A program made the position numbers and the translations under genes. The notes under the pieces were generated by a model that saw nothing but the letters and a program-made list of their open reading frames with translations, searched no databases and was not told the origin of the DNA. A stretch of DNA of 64,000 bases from Balanoglossus misakiensis (Eukaryota; Animalia; Hemichordata): NCBI GenBank assembly GCA_040954595.2, contig CM082584.2:8141919-8205918 (forward strand), read 5' to 3'. Below, piece after piece: positions 53,701 through 64,000 of this stretch; within the stretch, counting starts at the first letter, position 1; each line of letters starts with the position of its first letter.

Positions 53701-55447
53701 ATTCACAGTACGGCTGGTTCCCATGGATTGTTAGTTGTTTGTATTCTGCATATAAATATAATAATTCTGATCTGCACACTCAAACACTTCTGTCCCCTTC
53801 CCCCCCCCCCCCCCACCATTTCATACTTGACGTCTATTTTGCAACAACTTGTTCTCCTCAGAATGTGTACTGTGTACATACAATTTATAGCCTTTGCAAA
53901 TTTAGAATAGATTAGCTGTATGACCTGCTGATTTTAAATAATTATATAACTCTGATTGTAACATTTTTCATGTTGATATGAAATGTACTATAATTGTGAA
54001 TTTCATGTGAGTTGTTCAGGTATTCACAGAATTTCTAGAAATTATTGCCGGATGTATACATTTCTATTACAGGTACATATCAGACATTTTTCTGGAATAT
54101 TCCAATTTACATGCAATGAACACAGATCCATGGACAGTATTCTAACTTGCAGTTTGCAAATTATGATCACAGGTGTAGCCATATTGAAATGTTGGTGCAG
54201 AGGTGAAATATATTAGAAAAACACAACTTAGGTCCTCGCATTTTTGATGACAAGTTGAGCGTCCAGTGTTGCATTGCGAAACCCCCCTGTGCCTTGTATT
54301 AGTTCTTTCTATTCCTTTGTGTGTAGGGTTGGAACCATTTGAAAAGAGGGGGAATGCAGGTGTACGATTCATTTTCCATCGTATGTGAGAATTTGTAGCA
54401 AAGTGGGACATCAAGCCTAATTACAATCTAATGTTTCTACATATTTTGCTGTAAAGACTGGTTAATTGACAAATAAATATTTATGTATATCACTGTTGAA
54501 CTTGTATAGTTTAAATTTTGTGAAATGCTGAATTCTAAAATTGTCCCCATAAGTCCTTTTAGTACAGTGCGAGCTAAAGGCCTCAAAAATTTATAGATGA
54601 TTAACTATGAGGATCTGAAAGAGATAAAACCACATTTTATTGATTTGTTTACTGGCCGACTGATTTTGCACTCTGATTTTGGCACCTCACCAATTGGCAT
54701 GGGTCAAAAATCAGTCTGTACAAGAGATGTGACCTTTATGCAGACATTTATAGTGCAACTAAACTTGTATAGTTTTAAATTCGTACAATGTCATAAATTT
54801 TACTATGATTTTAACAATATCATTTAAATTATTATAGAGACTATATATAAATCTTTGACATTACTATCTGCACTGCTCTTTGTATTTTTGGAATGGGAGT
54901 TTGAGGAATTGAATTTTACAGAAAGATGTAATTGTCTAATATAGTTATGGGCCATCGGACAGGTTCGTGAAACTGTTGGATATCATTCAAATCACAGGTA
55001 TTGAAGTCAAAGAAATATTAAATTAATATGTTATGTGAATCTGACACAGATTATGACATGAAATTTATAGTAAAATAACTTGGACCAAACTTTCGTTTTA
55101 AGCGTATATAGTGTTTTTCCTTTGTGATGAGACACGTACATGTACAAAAATAGCAACTGACTGCATCCAGCTATCACTTCAGTTTCGTAGAAAAATAGTG
55201 TCACACCATTGTAATTTGTAAACAAGATAACCTTTCAACCTCAGATCAGGCGATTTTAACGTCTGCCAAACAATGGTACACTTCAAAATGACCCCCTAGG
55301 AGAGTCAAATCTTAGTTAACCTGCATAGAAACAAGTGTAAGGTAAGCTAAGGTCCAGTTAAAAAGGTTTTGATTTATCACATCTGTAAAAGAACAAGTTA
55401 GGGGACTTCAGAATAGCTAAATTCTTTCAACGTTGCTGGTGTTCAAA

Positions 55448-57667
55448 ATGGCTGCGGCATCTGAAGCTAAAATTCTCAATGAAATCAGTGAGGATTTCCT
55501 GTGTTGCACCATCTGTCTGGAGCAGTTCAAGTCACCCAAAGTTCTACCGTGTCTGCACACATTCTGTGAGCAGTGCTTGGTCACTCTGGTTGAAAAGACG
55601 GGATCTCTGAAATGCCCCGAGTGCCGACAGCAGTGCCAGCTCCCAGACGGCGGAGTGCCAGAGATCAAGTCCAGCTTCTTCATGACCAATCTGATCGACA
55701 TATTCGGGCAACTGCTGGCGGCGAAGACGGGGTCTTCGGAGAGCTGCGTGTGTGAGGGTTGCCATGACAACACGGCCTCCACCAGGTGCGTAGACTGCAG
55801 GCAATACCTGTGCGACAGCTGTACCAAGGTGCATAGAAACATAGCAGCTACGCAGACCCATAAACTTATGGCCATTGATGAATACAAGACCATGATACAA
55901 TCTAGGGGTCTGGCAGCGCTGCAAACTGTAGAATATTGCAGTGTCCACACCAAGAATGAATTAGAGTTCTACTGTGAAACCTGTCGGGTGCCTGTCTGCA
56001 CTAACTGCACCATAGTCAAACACCGCGTACAAGAACACGTACACACAGACTTGAAAGACACAGCAGATGAGTGCCGTAGAGACCTGAAAGCCATGGCTGA
56101 CAAACTGAAAGCGAAAGAACAGGAAGTTGAAAAGAACAAAAGCCTAGCCAAGCAGATACACCGTGATCTAGCAGAGCAGTGTAAGAAAGAAGTAAAGGAG
56201 GTGAGAATGGCAGCAGATGAAATCATCAACAAAATAAAGAGAGAGGAGCAGAGACTGGTAGATGAGTTGAACAAAGCCTATGAAATGAAAATGAAAGGTG
56301 CAGCTGGGGACATTGATGAGCTGGAACTAAAACATGGTAATATTAAGAGTGCATATGGTTACGTAGATACGCTGATGCATCATGGGAGTGCCACTCATCT
56401 TCTGTCTACAAAGGCCGATGCAGAACACCGCATCAGTCAACTTATTTCCATGGAAACCAAACCGCAAGGAGTGCACGAGAAAATAGACTTTGTCCCAAAA
56501 GAGAAGTTCAGCGAGCATGGCATTGTGGGCAAATTAGTTTATGACGTGCGTGCTGAAACGTGTACGGTTGAAAACATCCCAAAACGACACCTGAAAGGTG
56601 ACTCTGCAGACCTCCTCATCACAACCAAAGATTCAACAGGTAAACAAGTCATTCCTGCTCAGCCAATTAAAGCCAGCATGAGAAAACCTGACGCAACCCA
56701 GGAAGATGTTAAGGTCTCAGATAACGGCGATGGCACGCATAGTGTGAGGGTGAATGGACAAATTGATGGTGAATACAAGGTAACCATGACTATTGGAGGT
56801 CAGCCCATCCAGGGGTCACCAGTCCTCATACCCGTCATCAGAGGATTGGTGAAGACAATTGGCAGCAAAGGAAGTGGTGAGGGACAGTACAATGAACCCT
56901 GGAGTGTGGCCATTAACAAAAACAGAGACATTGTCACAACTGATCCTAACAATAATAGATTACAGGTAACCACCATAGATGGCAGAGTGAAGAAAACCAT
57001 AAAACCAAAACAATTGAAAAACCCTTTCACCCCATTCAATATATCCATATCAAAGGATAATACATACTATAGTGTAAATAAAACCGATACATGTATGGAA
57101 GTAGTTGTCACTGATGAGAATGGACACGTCATCAGATGCTTTGGACAGAATGAGCTGAAAGATCCATATGGGATATCTATCAGCCCTGTCAATGGTAATG
57201 TCTATGTGATAGACAAGGGTGAGCATTGTGTCAGGATTTTTACTCAACATGGCGAGTACATCCGGTCATTTGGATCAGAGGGTAAAGGTCAGGGAGAATT
57301 TAATTGGCCTTATCACATAGTTGTGGAAAGCAATGGAATGGTGTTTGTTACGGAACATAATAACCACCGCATCCAAGTTTTCAATGCAGATGACAAGTAT
57401 TTGTATTCATTTGGTAGCCATGGTGAAGGGGATGGGGAGCTAAAAGACCCAACAGGAATAGCAACTGACGACAGACATGTCTATGTCAGTAGCAGTGCTA
57501 GTAATTGCATACTGAAGTTTGAGATCAGTGGTCGCTTTGTCTGTCGCATTGACAGTGCTGAGGATAGGCTGAATTGTCCCATTGGCATCGCCCTGACAGA
57601 TGACGTACCTTGCAGGGTGGTGGTAGCTGATAAGAATAACCACTGCATTAAAGTGTTTGTGCAGTAA
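55448..57667 (+). CDS. Intronless TRIM-NHL E3 ligase (TRIM2/TRIM3-like architecture: RING, two B-boxes, coiled coil, filamin, NHL repeats), 739 aa
   Basis: Single long ORF from aaaATGG. CTICLE..LPCLHTFC..CPEC RING, C/H B-boxes, VSDNGDGTHSV filamin repeat, and repeated FGS.G.G.GEF..P.GI NHL motifs. Confidence 0.95.
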   Translation: MAAASEAKILNEISEDFLCCTICLEQFKSPKVLPCLHTFCEQCLVTLVEKTGSLKCPECRQQCQLPDGGVPEIKSSFFMTNLIDIFGQLLAAKTGSSESCVCEGCHDNTASTRCVDCRQYLCDSCTKVHRNIAATQTHKLMAIDEYKTMIQSRGLAALQTVEYCSVHTKNELEFYCETCRVPVCTNCTIVKHRVQEHVHTDLKDTADECRRDLKAMADKLKAKEQEVEKNKSLAKQIHRDLAEQCKKEVKEVRMAADEIINKIKREEQRLVDELNKAYEMKMKGAAGDIDELELKHGNIKSAYGYVDTLMHHGSATHLLSTKADAEHRISQLISMETKPQGVHEKIDFVPKEKFSEHGIVGKLVYDVRAETCTVENIPKRHLKGDSADLLITTKDSTGKQVIPAQPIKASMRKPDATQEDVKVSDNGDGTHSVRVNGQIDGEYKVTMTIGGQPIQGSPVLIPVIRGLVKTIGSKGSGEGQYNEPWSVAINKNRDIVTTDPNNNRLQVTTIDGRVKKTIKPKQLKNPFTPFNISISKDNTYYSVNKTDTCMEVVVTDENGHVIRCFGQNELKDPYGISISPVNGNVYVIDKGEHCVRIFTQHGEYIRSFGSEGKGQGEFNWPYHIVVESNGMVFVTEHNNHRIQVFNADDKYLYSFGSHGEGDGELKDPTGIATDDRHVYVSSSASNCILKFEISGRFVCRIDSAEDRLNCPIGIALTDDVPCRVVVADKNNHCIKVFVQ

Positions 57668-59813
57668 AAGCAGTTAAGGTCAATAGCACATATTCTAGTG
57701 CATATGTAGCTGTACTAGTTCGGAGTGAAAACAAAAGAATGTATGGCTGGCTATAAGGGACTGGACTAATGACACATGTAAACTTTCCAAACCCACACAA
57801 ACTGTATATCTGTGAAGTTATGGATCAGATGCTTCTTGATCTGTGAGATGAATTCAAAGTTTGCTCAAAAACTCATGTGATATAACATTAGCAGGAACCA
57901 CCCATGTGAAAGGAATATTTTCTGTAGTGCGCTATACCAGAACTGCAGGTTCAAGACAAGCAGTCTGACTGCTAATTATGCTTGATTTCTCTGTATATAA
58001 ATCTGTGTTAAGAAAGTTAAAACCAGCGAAGTTAGTTTTGTTTTGAGTTTGAAATTTAGGCTTTACTTGGTGAATTGGGATTTTTTTTCAATTGAGAGAC
58101 AGCAAAGTCAAAAGTGTAAATTATTGCAGTGAAAGATTTTGGATTTTATCAACTTTCTGAAAAGAAAAAAATATAGGGTTTTCAACATCTTATACATGTA
58201 TGTGTAGAGTGCAGTACTGTATTTGCTATATATGGTGGTGGTAGAATATTTTCTCTGAAGTTTTCTCTCTTCATGAAGTAATAAAATATAGATGATTACT
58301 CAATATTTCTGATTCCTTGATGCATCAGTAATTCCTGTCATCAGATGTGTATGTGAGAGTCAGAGAGCTACTATTGTTCAGATAACTCAGACAAAACATG
58401 AACATGCTGTCAAAAAATTGACAGATTTACTTTGGTTATACTTGTACATGTCACACCAGTAACACAAACGAAGACCCACGCAAAGTCTACCGCAAAAATG
58501 ACCACAAGTCTCCTATTTTGTTTTCCATTTCATGATCTTTTATTTATTTTTGAAGCAAAGCTTTCTTGAAAATAATTACAGTACCACTCCTGGTAAGACT
58601 TGGTCACAATTTTCACGGCAGTTCTCGTCAAATTGGGAAAAAAAACACTGAGATGCTGTCAAACAGCCTCTGACTGTAAACTCGGCCAAAATGTAACCCA
58701 TATTATGAACTCTGTATTGATCCTTTGCATCCTGACCTTTTGGTGACCTATGACATCACTCCACTCTTCAGATCACATATCCAATATGGACAATTATCTT
58801 TAACCAATCACAAAAAATTGTTAAATAGTGTACATTTCACATGTGTCAGAAAACAATTCTCCCATGATCAATTAAAAAGCACGATCTCTAAATCTGGCAT
58901 ACATTTAAAATCACCTTCCATAGGCAATTGGTTTGATCCTGTACGCAAACGTCAACATAAAAAAAAACATTTGGCTCATTGCATAAACCACTGAAAGTAA
59001 TTACAAACATTCATTTAGTTGAACAATTAGTCAACACACAAGACTGTGCATATACTGTCACAATTCAAAATACCCCAAATATCCATTTGAAGCCTTGATT
59101 GTAAATAAAAGTAAATGACATTGACAGGTACTCTGAGTATAAATCTCTCCAACAAATCTGACCATGATCATTGTATCTCATTCAAAGTGTTGATCACTCA
59201 ACCCTCCAAGCAGTAAAGGTACATGCATGTATATTACAATTAGAAATTTTCCAAACGGAAATTTGTTAAGTATGGAACTGTGTTATCCCCCTATTCCCTG
59301 AATTCAATGTGTTTCTAACTTCATCTGTGCATGAAGATATACCAAGCATGCCATCAACTACTGAGTACAGTCTACCAGTACACGTGTACTGCATATTTCA
59401 AAAATATGTTTCTATGGTATTCTGCTTGTACAACTTTTGCCACCAAAACTCACAACAGTTGCAACACAGTGGTATTCAGACAATATATCCTAATCTACAA
59501 TGTCTATTGTATGTACTATATACTTTGGTGGGAAATGTTGGCAAGATTACATTGGCAAGCAAGACATGACAGGAATTTCTCAACATTTACAATGAACACA
59601 GGCCAGACGTTATACAACATGAATAATTTATTATTGACCTTTTGGTACATTTAGATCTTGGGCTGTCATTTATGACTAATATGTACAGTATATTCGTCTT
59701 TCATTGACTGATGACCTGGTATTTTACATATTGCATGTCTGACACCTGGCTAGGATGTACATGTACATTATGTATGCCAGGTGCACACTCACTGTTTCTT
59801 TTCACACTTGGTC

Positions 59814-61493
59814 TCAGACATAGCCATCCTTGACGGCTGTCGAGACCAGTGGATCTGATTCGGTTGATTCGTAATCATCATCGTCATCTTCAACGTCATT
59901 TTCATCATCGGCCGAATCACTCGCATCGTTGAAGCAAAGCAATTCATCCAGATCGGCGGCCCCAGATGGGACAGTGTCATTTGAGTTCTGCAGGTTCACT
60001 AGGTCCGGTGTCGTTGAACTATCCGCCCGTGTCTCGCTCTGCGATGCGCCACAACCTGGCTGTACAACGTAGTCATCACTTGGCAACAGCCGTGACGACC
60101 CGCCGTCAATCACACTGCCGGGCGAGTCGGACTGTTCTGTGTCTAGTTCTGGCTCGCTGACTGTCCCACTGTGAGAGACACTCTCTAAAGGAAAGTAACC
60201 ACTAGTTTCACGTGTGAGGGCAGCGTTTTGAGTGGCAGAATTCCGTCCTGTTTTTCCACTTGGTGGTGGCTCAATTGATAGGTATCCATCACCAGCAGCC
60301 TTTCCGCCATCCTGTATCTTAGCAACTGCTGTGGAATTGAAAGAGTCAGATGAAGTGGCATTTACATCATCCTGTTTTCTAGCAACTGCTGCAGGATTTA
60401 CATAATCGCTAGAGGCCTGACTATTACTTGACGGACCAGAGTTTTCTTGGAGCCTGTTAATGTCATCAACATAGTCTGCAGTGTCATTTTCACTTCTAAC
60501 AGGTTCCAAGACACCGGCATCCCTTACTGGGGCTACGCGGTCGTCACTCTCAGTGTTCTGACCTGGCTGGGCTGCCACACCCACAGCAATGTAATCACTT
60601 ATGTCCCCGGAGCCTGCAGCCATTGTGGTTTCTCCTTGCGCTGGATTCTGCAGATCGTGCATCCCGGCATTTGTCCCGGCCTGGTGGTCTGCCAGGATTG
60701 TGTAGTCGTTCACAGAGGATCCCGAATTGATGGCACTGTTGGAGTTATCGTCAGCGCCTGGATCCGTTTGGATAATTCCGCCTAAGATGTCGTCGTCATG
60801 GCTGGGCTGGCTCTCTTCGCCCTGCTTGGTCACCTGGCAGTAGCTGCTGGACGAGTTCTCGTCACCGGGTGGGGTCGCCGTCACCACCTCTGATCCCAGC
60901 GACGGTACGTCCACATTCCCATCTCCTGGGTCCCCGAATACAAGTCTCTGAAAGTCGTCACCGAACAAATTCAGAACCGGGTTGCTGTCCCAATCGTCTG
61001 AGATCGCCGGCAGAAACGTGACGTCGGGTTCCAGAGCGCCCCCGTCACCGGCGGCGGGAAAGCCTCCGACGGCGCCAAACTGCGCCGCCCCGCTGTCCGC
61101 CATGAAGCTGTATTCGCCGACGTCGGACTCGGTCAAGGCTCCCGATGTCGGTGGCAGCGCCGCTGTGTCGCCCACCTCGGCCAACTTTGTGTAGTCTTCC
61201 GGGTCTGTGGAGGCGGACAAACTCCCCTGGACCCGCCCCTCTGCCTGTCCGCTCCGCTCGCTGTTCAAAGTGCCCATTTCTATGGCAACATCGCCGTTTC
61301 GCCCAGCCCGGCCCTCTCTCCCCGCGTCTGTCTCTACGGAGGGCGCATTCATGGCGTTGTTGACCTCCACGCCGTGGTCCGAGGAATGGAAGCTGACCTT
61401 GTCGGTGTCACTTTCATTGGTCTGGGTTTTAAAGGCGTCATAATGTTCATATTCATCACCAAATAATACAACCAGACCATTTGCAGACTCAGC
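59814..61493 (-). CDS. Receptor B cytoplasmic tail exon (559 aa, ending AVKDGYV*)
   Basis: ttacag| acceptor in frame with the 518-aa ORF. Tyr motifs YTKL, YSFM, YCQV, YTIL, YIAV, YVNP, YLSI, YFPL and YVVQ. Confidence 0.85.
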   Translation of the reverse strand, partial: AESANGLVVLFGDEYEHYDAFKTQTNESDTDKVSFHSSDHGVEVNNAMNAPSVETDAGREGRAGRNGDVAIEMGTLNSERSGQAEGRVQGSLSASTDPEDYTKLAEVGDTAALPPTSGALTESDVGEYSFMADSGAAQFGAVGGFPAAGDGGALEPDVTFLPAISDDWDSNPVLNLFGDDFQRLVFGDPGDGNVDVPSLGSEVVTATPPGDENSSSSYCQVTKQGEESQPSHDDDILGGIIQTDPGADDNSNSAINSGSSVNDYTILADHQAGTNAGMHDLQNPAQGETTMAAGSGDISDYIAVGVAAQPGQNTESDDRVAPVRDAGVLEPVRSENDTADYVDDINRLQENSGPSSNSQASSDYVNPAAVARKQDDVNATSSDSFNSTAVAKIQDGGKAAGDGYLSIEPPPSGKTGRNSATQNAALTRETSGYFPLESVSHSGTVSEPELDTEQSDSPGSVIDGGSSRLLPSDDYVVQPGCGASQSETRADSSTTPDLVNLQNSNDTVPSGAADLDELLCFNDASDSADDENDVEDDDDDYESTESDPLVSTAVKDGYV

Positions 61494-63914
61494 CTGTAAG
61501 GTAACAAGAACGACACGTCACATTTCAATCCAGAAATTTAAAATGCCAAAACTAAATAAGAACACAATTCCACTTGTTCGATCACTTTATGTGACAATAA
61601 TAACCAAAGAAGTACAGAGCAAGTACAGGAGTGGGGTCCCACCTAGGGCTATGATCAAAACAATTGTCTTACCGGTACCATCCAAGCCTTGTATGGTTCA
61701 GCTACTCTACTCAATGCTCCATACTTCTCAAGGCATTTGTACAGTCGGAAGATGCCATATCCCATCAAGAAAATCAGGATAATCCCAGCAAATGTAGAAA
61801 CAATTGGTATCCAAACTGAAAAGTGGAAAAAAAAGAATAGATATTATCAAGAGCGATCAACTTCAGCTTGTTCATATCATCATTAGTTCTATTCAAATAT
61901 CCTGCATAAAGATCCAGCCTACACTGTATTAACCCCTTCGCCCCCCATTTCCCAGTGTAGAGGTCCGACATCATCATAGAAAACAATATATTTGGACCAA
62001 ACCATGGCGGTGGACGGGTTATAAATATTGCTCAGCGACTGACACTCACCGTCGGCACCATAACACATCAGGGGTTCAACATCTGCCGGGGTCACGGGGC
62101 CTGGTCTGTCCCGCGCCGCCACGTTGAACGCCTGGACCCGACACTGGGCTCGGACGTCCCCACCTCCCTCAGACGCCTCGCAGTCAATCCCCACTTTCGC
62201 CTCTGTCTCCTTGGAGACCACGCTGTTGTTATAACCTCCTGCCGTGCACAGCACCAGGTACTGCAAACTCTCCAGTGGTCCGTTTGGTCTGAAACGCAAA
62301 CCAGTCAACAGCATGGGGTCAGTAGGATTTTATTTTGCTCATGTCAAAATCAGTGCATAAATCTGTTACAATTTTATCTAACTTTACCTCCTGTACTTGA
62401 ATAGTGGTTGGAAAATGTTCAACATAGACCAGTTGGCAGGTCCAATATTTCTTGTTTTCTCAGTAAACTGTACAGTCTTGTAATATAGCTACCATTCATC
62501 TGTTAGCTTACCTGTGAGGTTGCTCCCAGTTGACAATGACTGCAGATTCACTGCTTGCTTTGATTTTCACATCCAACGGGGCACTGGGTGCTGGATCAAA
62601 ACAACAAGTATGTAGTCACATGAGACAAGTGGCAAAATCAGGATTCACCATTGTTTACACATCAGTGCAAGATCAAAGGTTTCTTGGGCGAGACTGCTCT
62701 GTGGAAATCCACAGAGGGGCAATTTACTTGACAAATACACAGAAGTATTATGAACTTACAGCCAATCTTGGTGGTACCGTACACGGGCTCGGACCCAGGG
62801 CCGCACGGATCCGCCACGAGGGCGTCGCTGCAGGCCCTGACGACAACCACGTACGTCTCATAGCCGCACAGACCGACCACCTGCATTTCCAGGCTGCTGG
62901 TCTCCGCGCGGACAGAGTCGCAGTACTCCGTGTTATTCCGCGGCACTGCCTCCACACGGAACGACGCGACCACGACGCCGTCCGGTGTCTGTGGGTACGT
63001 CCAGCTGACGGTCATCTCAGAATCAGTGACGGAAGACGGTGAAATGTTCACGTCTTTTGGAGCCTCAGAAGGGGCTGTGGAGCAAATGAGATTATTATCA
63101 GACTAGATTAGCACAGGGACACAAACAATGTTCTTCCGTGGTGTGGATCATGCACAAAGTCTCAGTTCGGGTCCGCTTTCAGTGGAGATGAACAAATTTT
63201 TACCAAAATCAAACAAAAGTGGATAAAAACTCCACTGACCTCCAATACTTGTTTTCTGCAGAACAAACTCAGTGGCCGGTCCTTCCCCGGCCGTGGTCAG
63301 CGCTGACACCGACGCCGCATAACCTGTGTTGGCTTTCAGACCGGTGATTTCGTAATCCATCGGGTCTGTTCTACTCGCCAGTGACTCCGGATCGGGCAGT
63401 GTGTAGTTGACAGTCATGGAGTCAGCTCCTGATTTAATGGAGCAGAACAAATATTTCTCATCTTTGATAAAAGCAGCATCACATTTTAATACACCAACAC
63501 TAAAATCTAAACTGTTGTTGGAATTTCAGAACTTTCCGAGATTCTCTGGTGATTTTGTTTTAGAAATCGTCTAATTGTTACGCATTTATTTGACTTATTT
63601 TTGTTATAGAAAAATGTGCAGAACATCTCGTCAGCCTTTAATGAGAGATATCCTACAATGATTTTTTTCCAACCCTATACTGCAATTTCATACAGTTTAT
63701 GGTTTAGCGTTTACTAAAGATATCAACTCACCCTGACAGACAATCAGCGAGTCATTTGTGGCTTCACTCAACTGTACAGGACAAACCGTCAGCTTGTACA
63801 CACGGATGATACCATTCCGGGATTCCAAACAGGGGGGTTTCCAATTTGCTGCAAGTACGGTGGGCTGCGTTGGAACAGCTTCTAGAGTTAAGTTGCTAGG
63901 TGGATCCGATGGTG
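59814..63914 (-). CDS. Receptor B: paralogous gp130/Domeless-like receptor, 3' part only (FN3 D6-D8, TM, tail; 5' exons beyond the window)
   Basis: Seven exons with the same phases as receptor A exons 12-18, four of identical length (189, 79, 239 and 143 nt), and alignable protein sequence. Confidence 0.9.
61673..61815 (-). CDS. Receptor B transmembrane exon (VWIPIVSTFAGIILIFLMGYGIFRLYKCLEKYGALSRVAEPYKAWMVP)
   Basis: tttcag| and |gtaaga, 143 nt, phase 1-0, hydrophobic helix. Confidence 0.9.
61929..62022. mobile_element. Inverted, diverged copy of the 19256-19348 mini-MITE, in a receptor B intron
   Basis: tttggaccaaaccatgg(c)ggtg is the reverse complement of caccaccatggtttggtccaaa. Left end is TTAA-CCC. 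Confidence 0.6.
62050..62288 (-). CDS. Receptor B FN3 D8, C-part exon
   Basis: tttcag| and |gtgagt, 239 nt, RPNGPLESLQYLVLC...CRVQAFN...MCY. Confidence 0.85.
62512..62590 (-). CDS. Receptor B FN3 D8, N-part exon
   Basis: atccag| and |gtaagc, 79 nt, PSAPLDV...VIVNWEQPH. Confidence 0.85.
62760..63074 (-). CDS. Receptor B FN3 D7 exon
   Basis: ccacag| and |gtaagt, phase 1-1, GLCGYETYVVVVRACSDALVADPCG. Confidence 0.9.
63240..63428 (-). CDS. Receptor B FN3 D6, C-half exon
   Basis: aatcag| and |gtcagt, 189 nt, YEITGLKANTGYAASVSALTTAGEGPATEFVLQKTSIG. Confidence 0.9.
63732..63914 (-). CDS. Receptor B FN3 D6, N-half exon (PSDPPSNLTL...NWKPPCLESRNGIIRVY...VCQ)
   Basis: cataag| and |gtgagt on the minus strand, phase 1-1, homologous to A exon 12. 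Confidence 0.85.
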
Positions 63915-64000
63915 CTTATGGGTAAAAAAAAGCGTAAAATGTTTGATTATTTTCATGATTCAAAGTACGTATTTGTTCTCTGGAAGTGTATCAGAATACT

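Noticed and set aside
55417-57643. Several minus-strand ORFs over the TRIM gene
   Set aside because: Antisense shadows of the real ORF.
1-64000. Frequent TACATGTA octamers and poly-G/C runs; CRISPR or prokaryotic systems
   Set aside because: The octamers are scattered without periodicity and look like genome-wide background. The DNA is spliceosomal-intron eukaryotic sequence with no repeat-spacer array.

Overview
Eukaryotic, AT-rich, intron-rich animal DNA. It is probably from a marine invertebrate, possibly a deuterostome; this is inferred from gene content and repeat style only. Hand-splicing at GT-AG sites recovers a complete class I cytokine receptor gene of the gp130/LIFR/Domeless type on the + strand (receptor A, CDS 31170-50799, about 1326-1329 aa). 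Its domains are signal peptide, Ig, cytokine-binding homology region (CHR), five further FN3 domains, TM and a long Tyr-rich tail. A paralog (receptor B) lies convergently on the - strand (59814 to beyond 63914, 5' end outside the window) with matching intron phases. An intronless TRIM-NHL gene (RING, B-boxes, coiled coil, filamin, NHL) sits between them. The main discovery candidate is the WSxWS-bearing cytokine-binding FN3 domain of receptor A. It is encoded by two consecutive pairs of duplicated exons (5a/5b and 6a/6b) whose phases allow only one exon per pair, implying mutually exclusive splicing and four combinatorial ligand-binding domains, plus a possible secreted form. Also notable are a 126-bp, 122/126-identical tract shared by the otherwise diverged paralogs (gene conversion-like), and a 30-kb upstream region with many STAT (TTCYNRGAA) sites and some NF-kB sites. 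All exon models are read by eye and lack transcript support.
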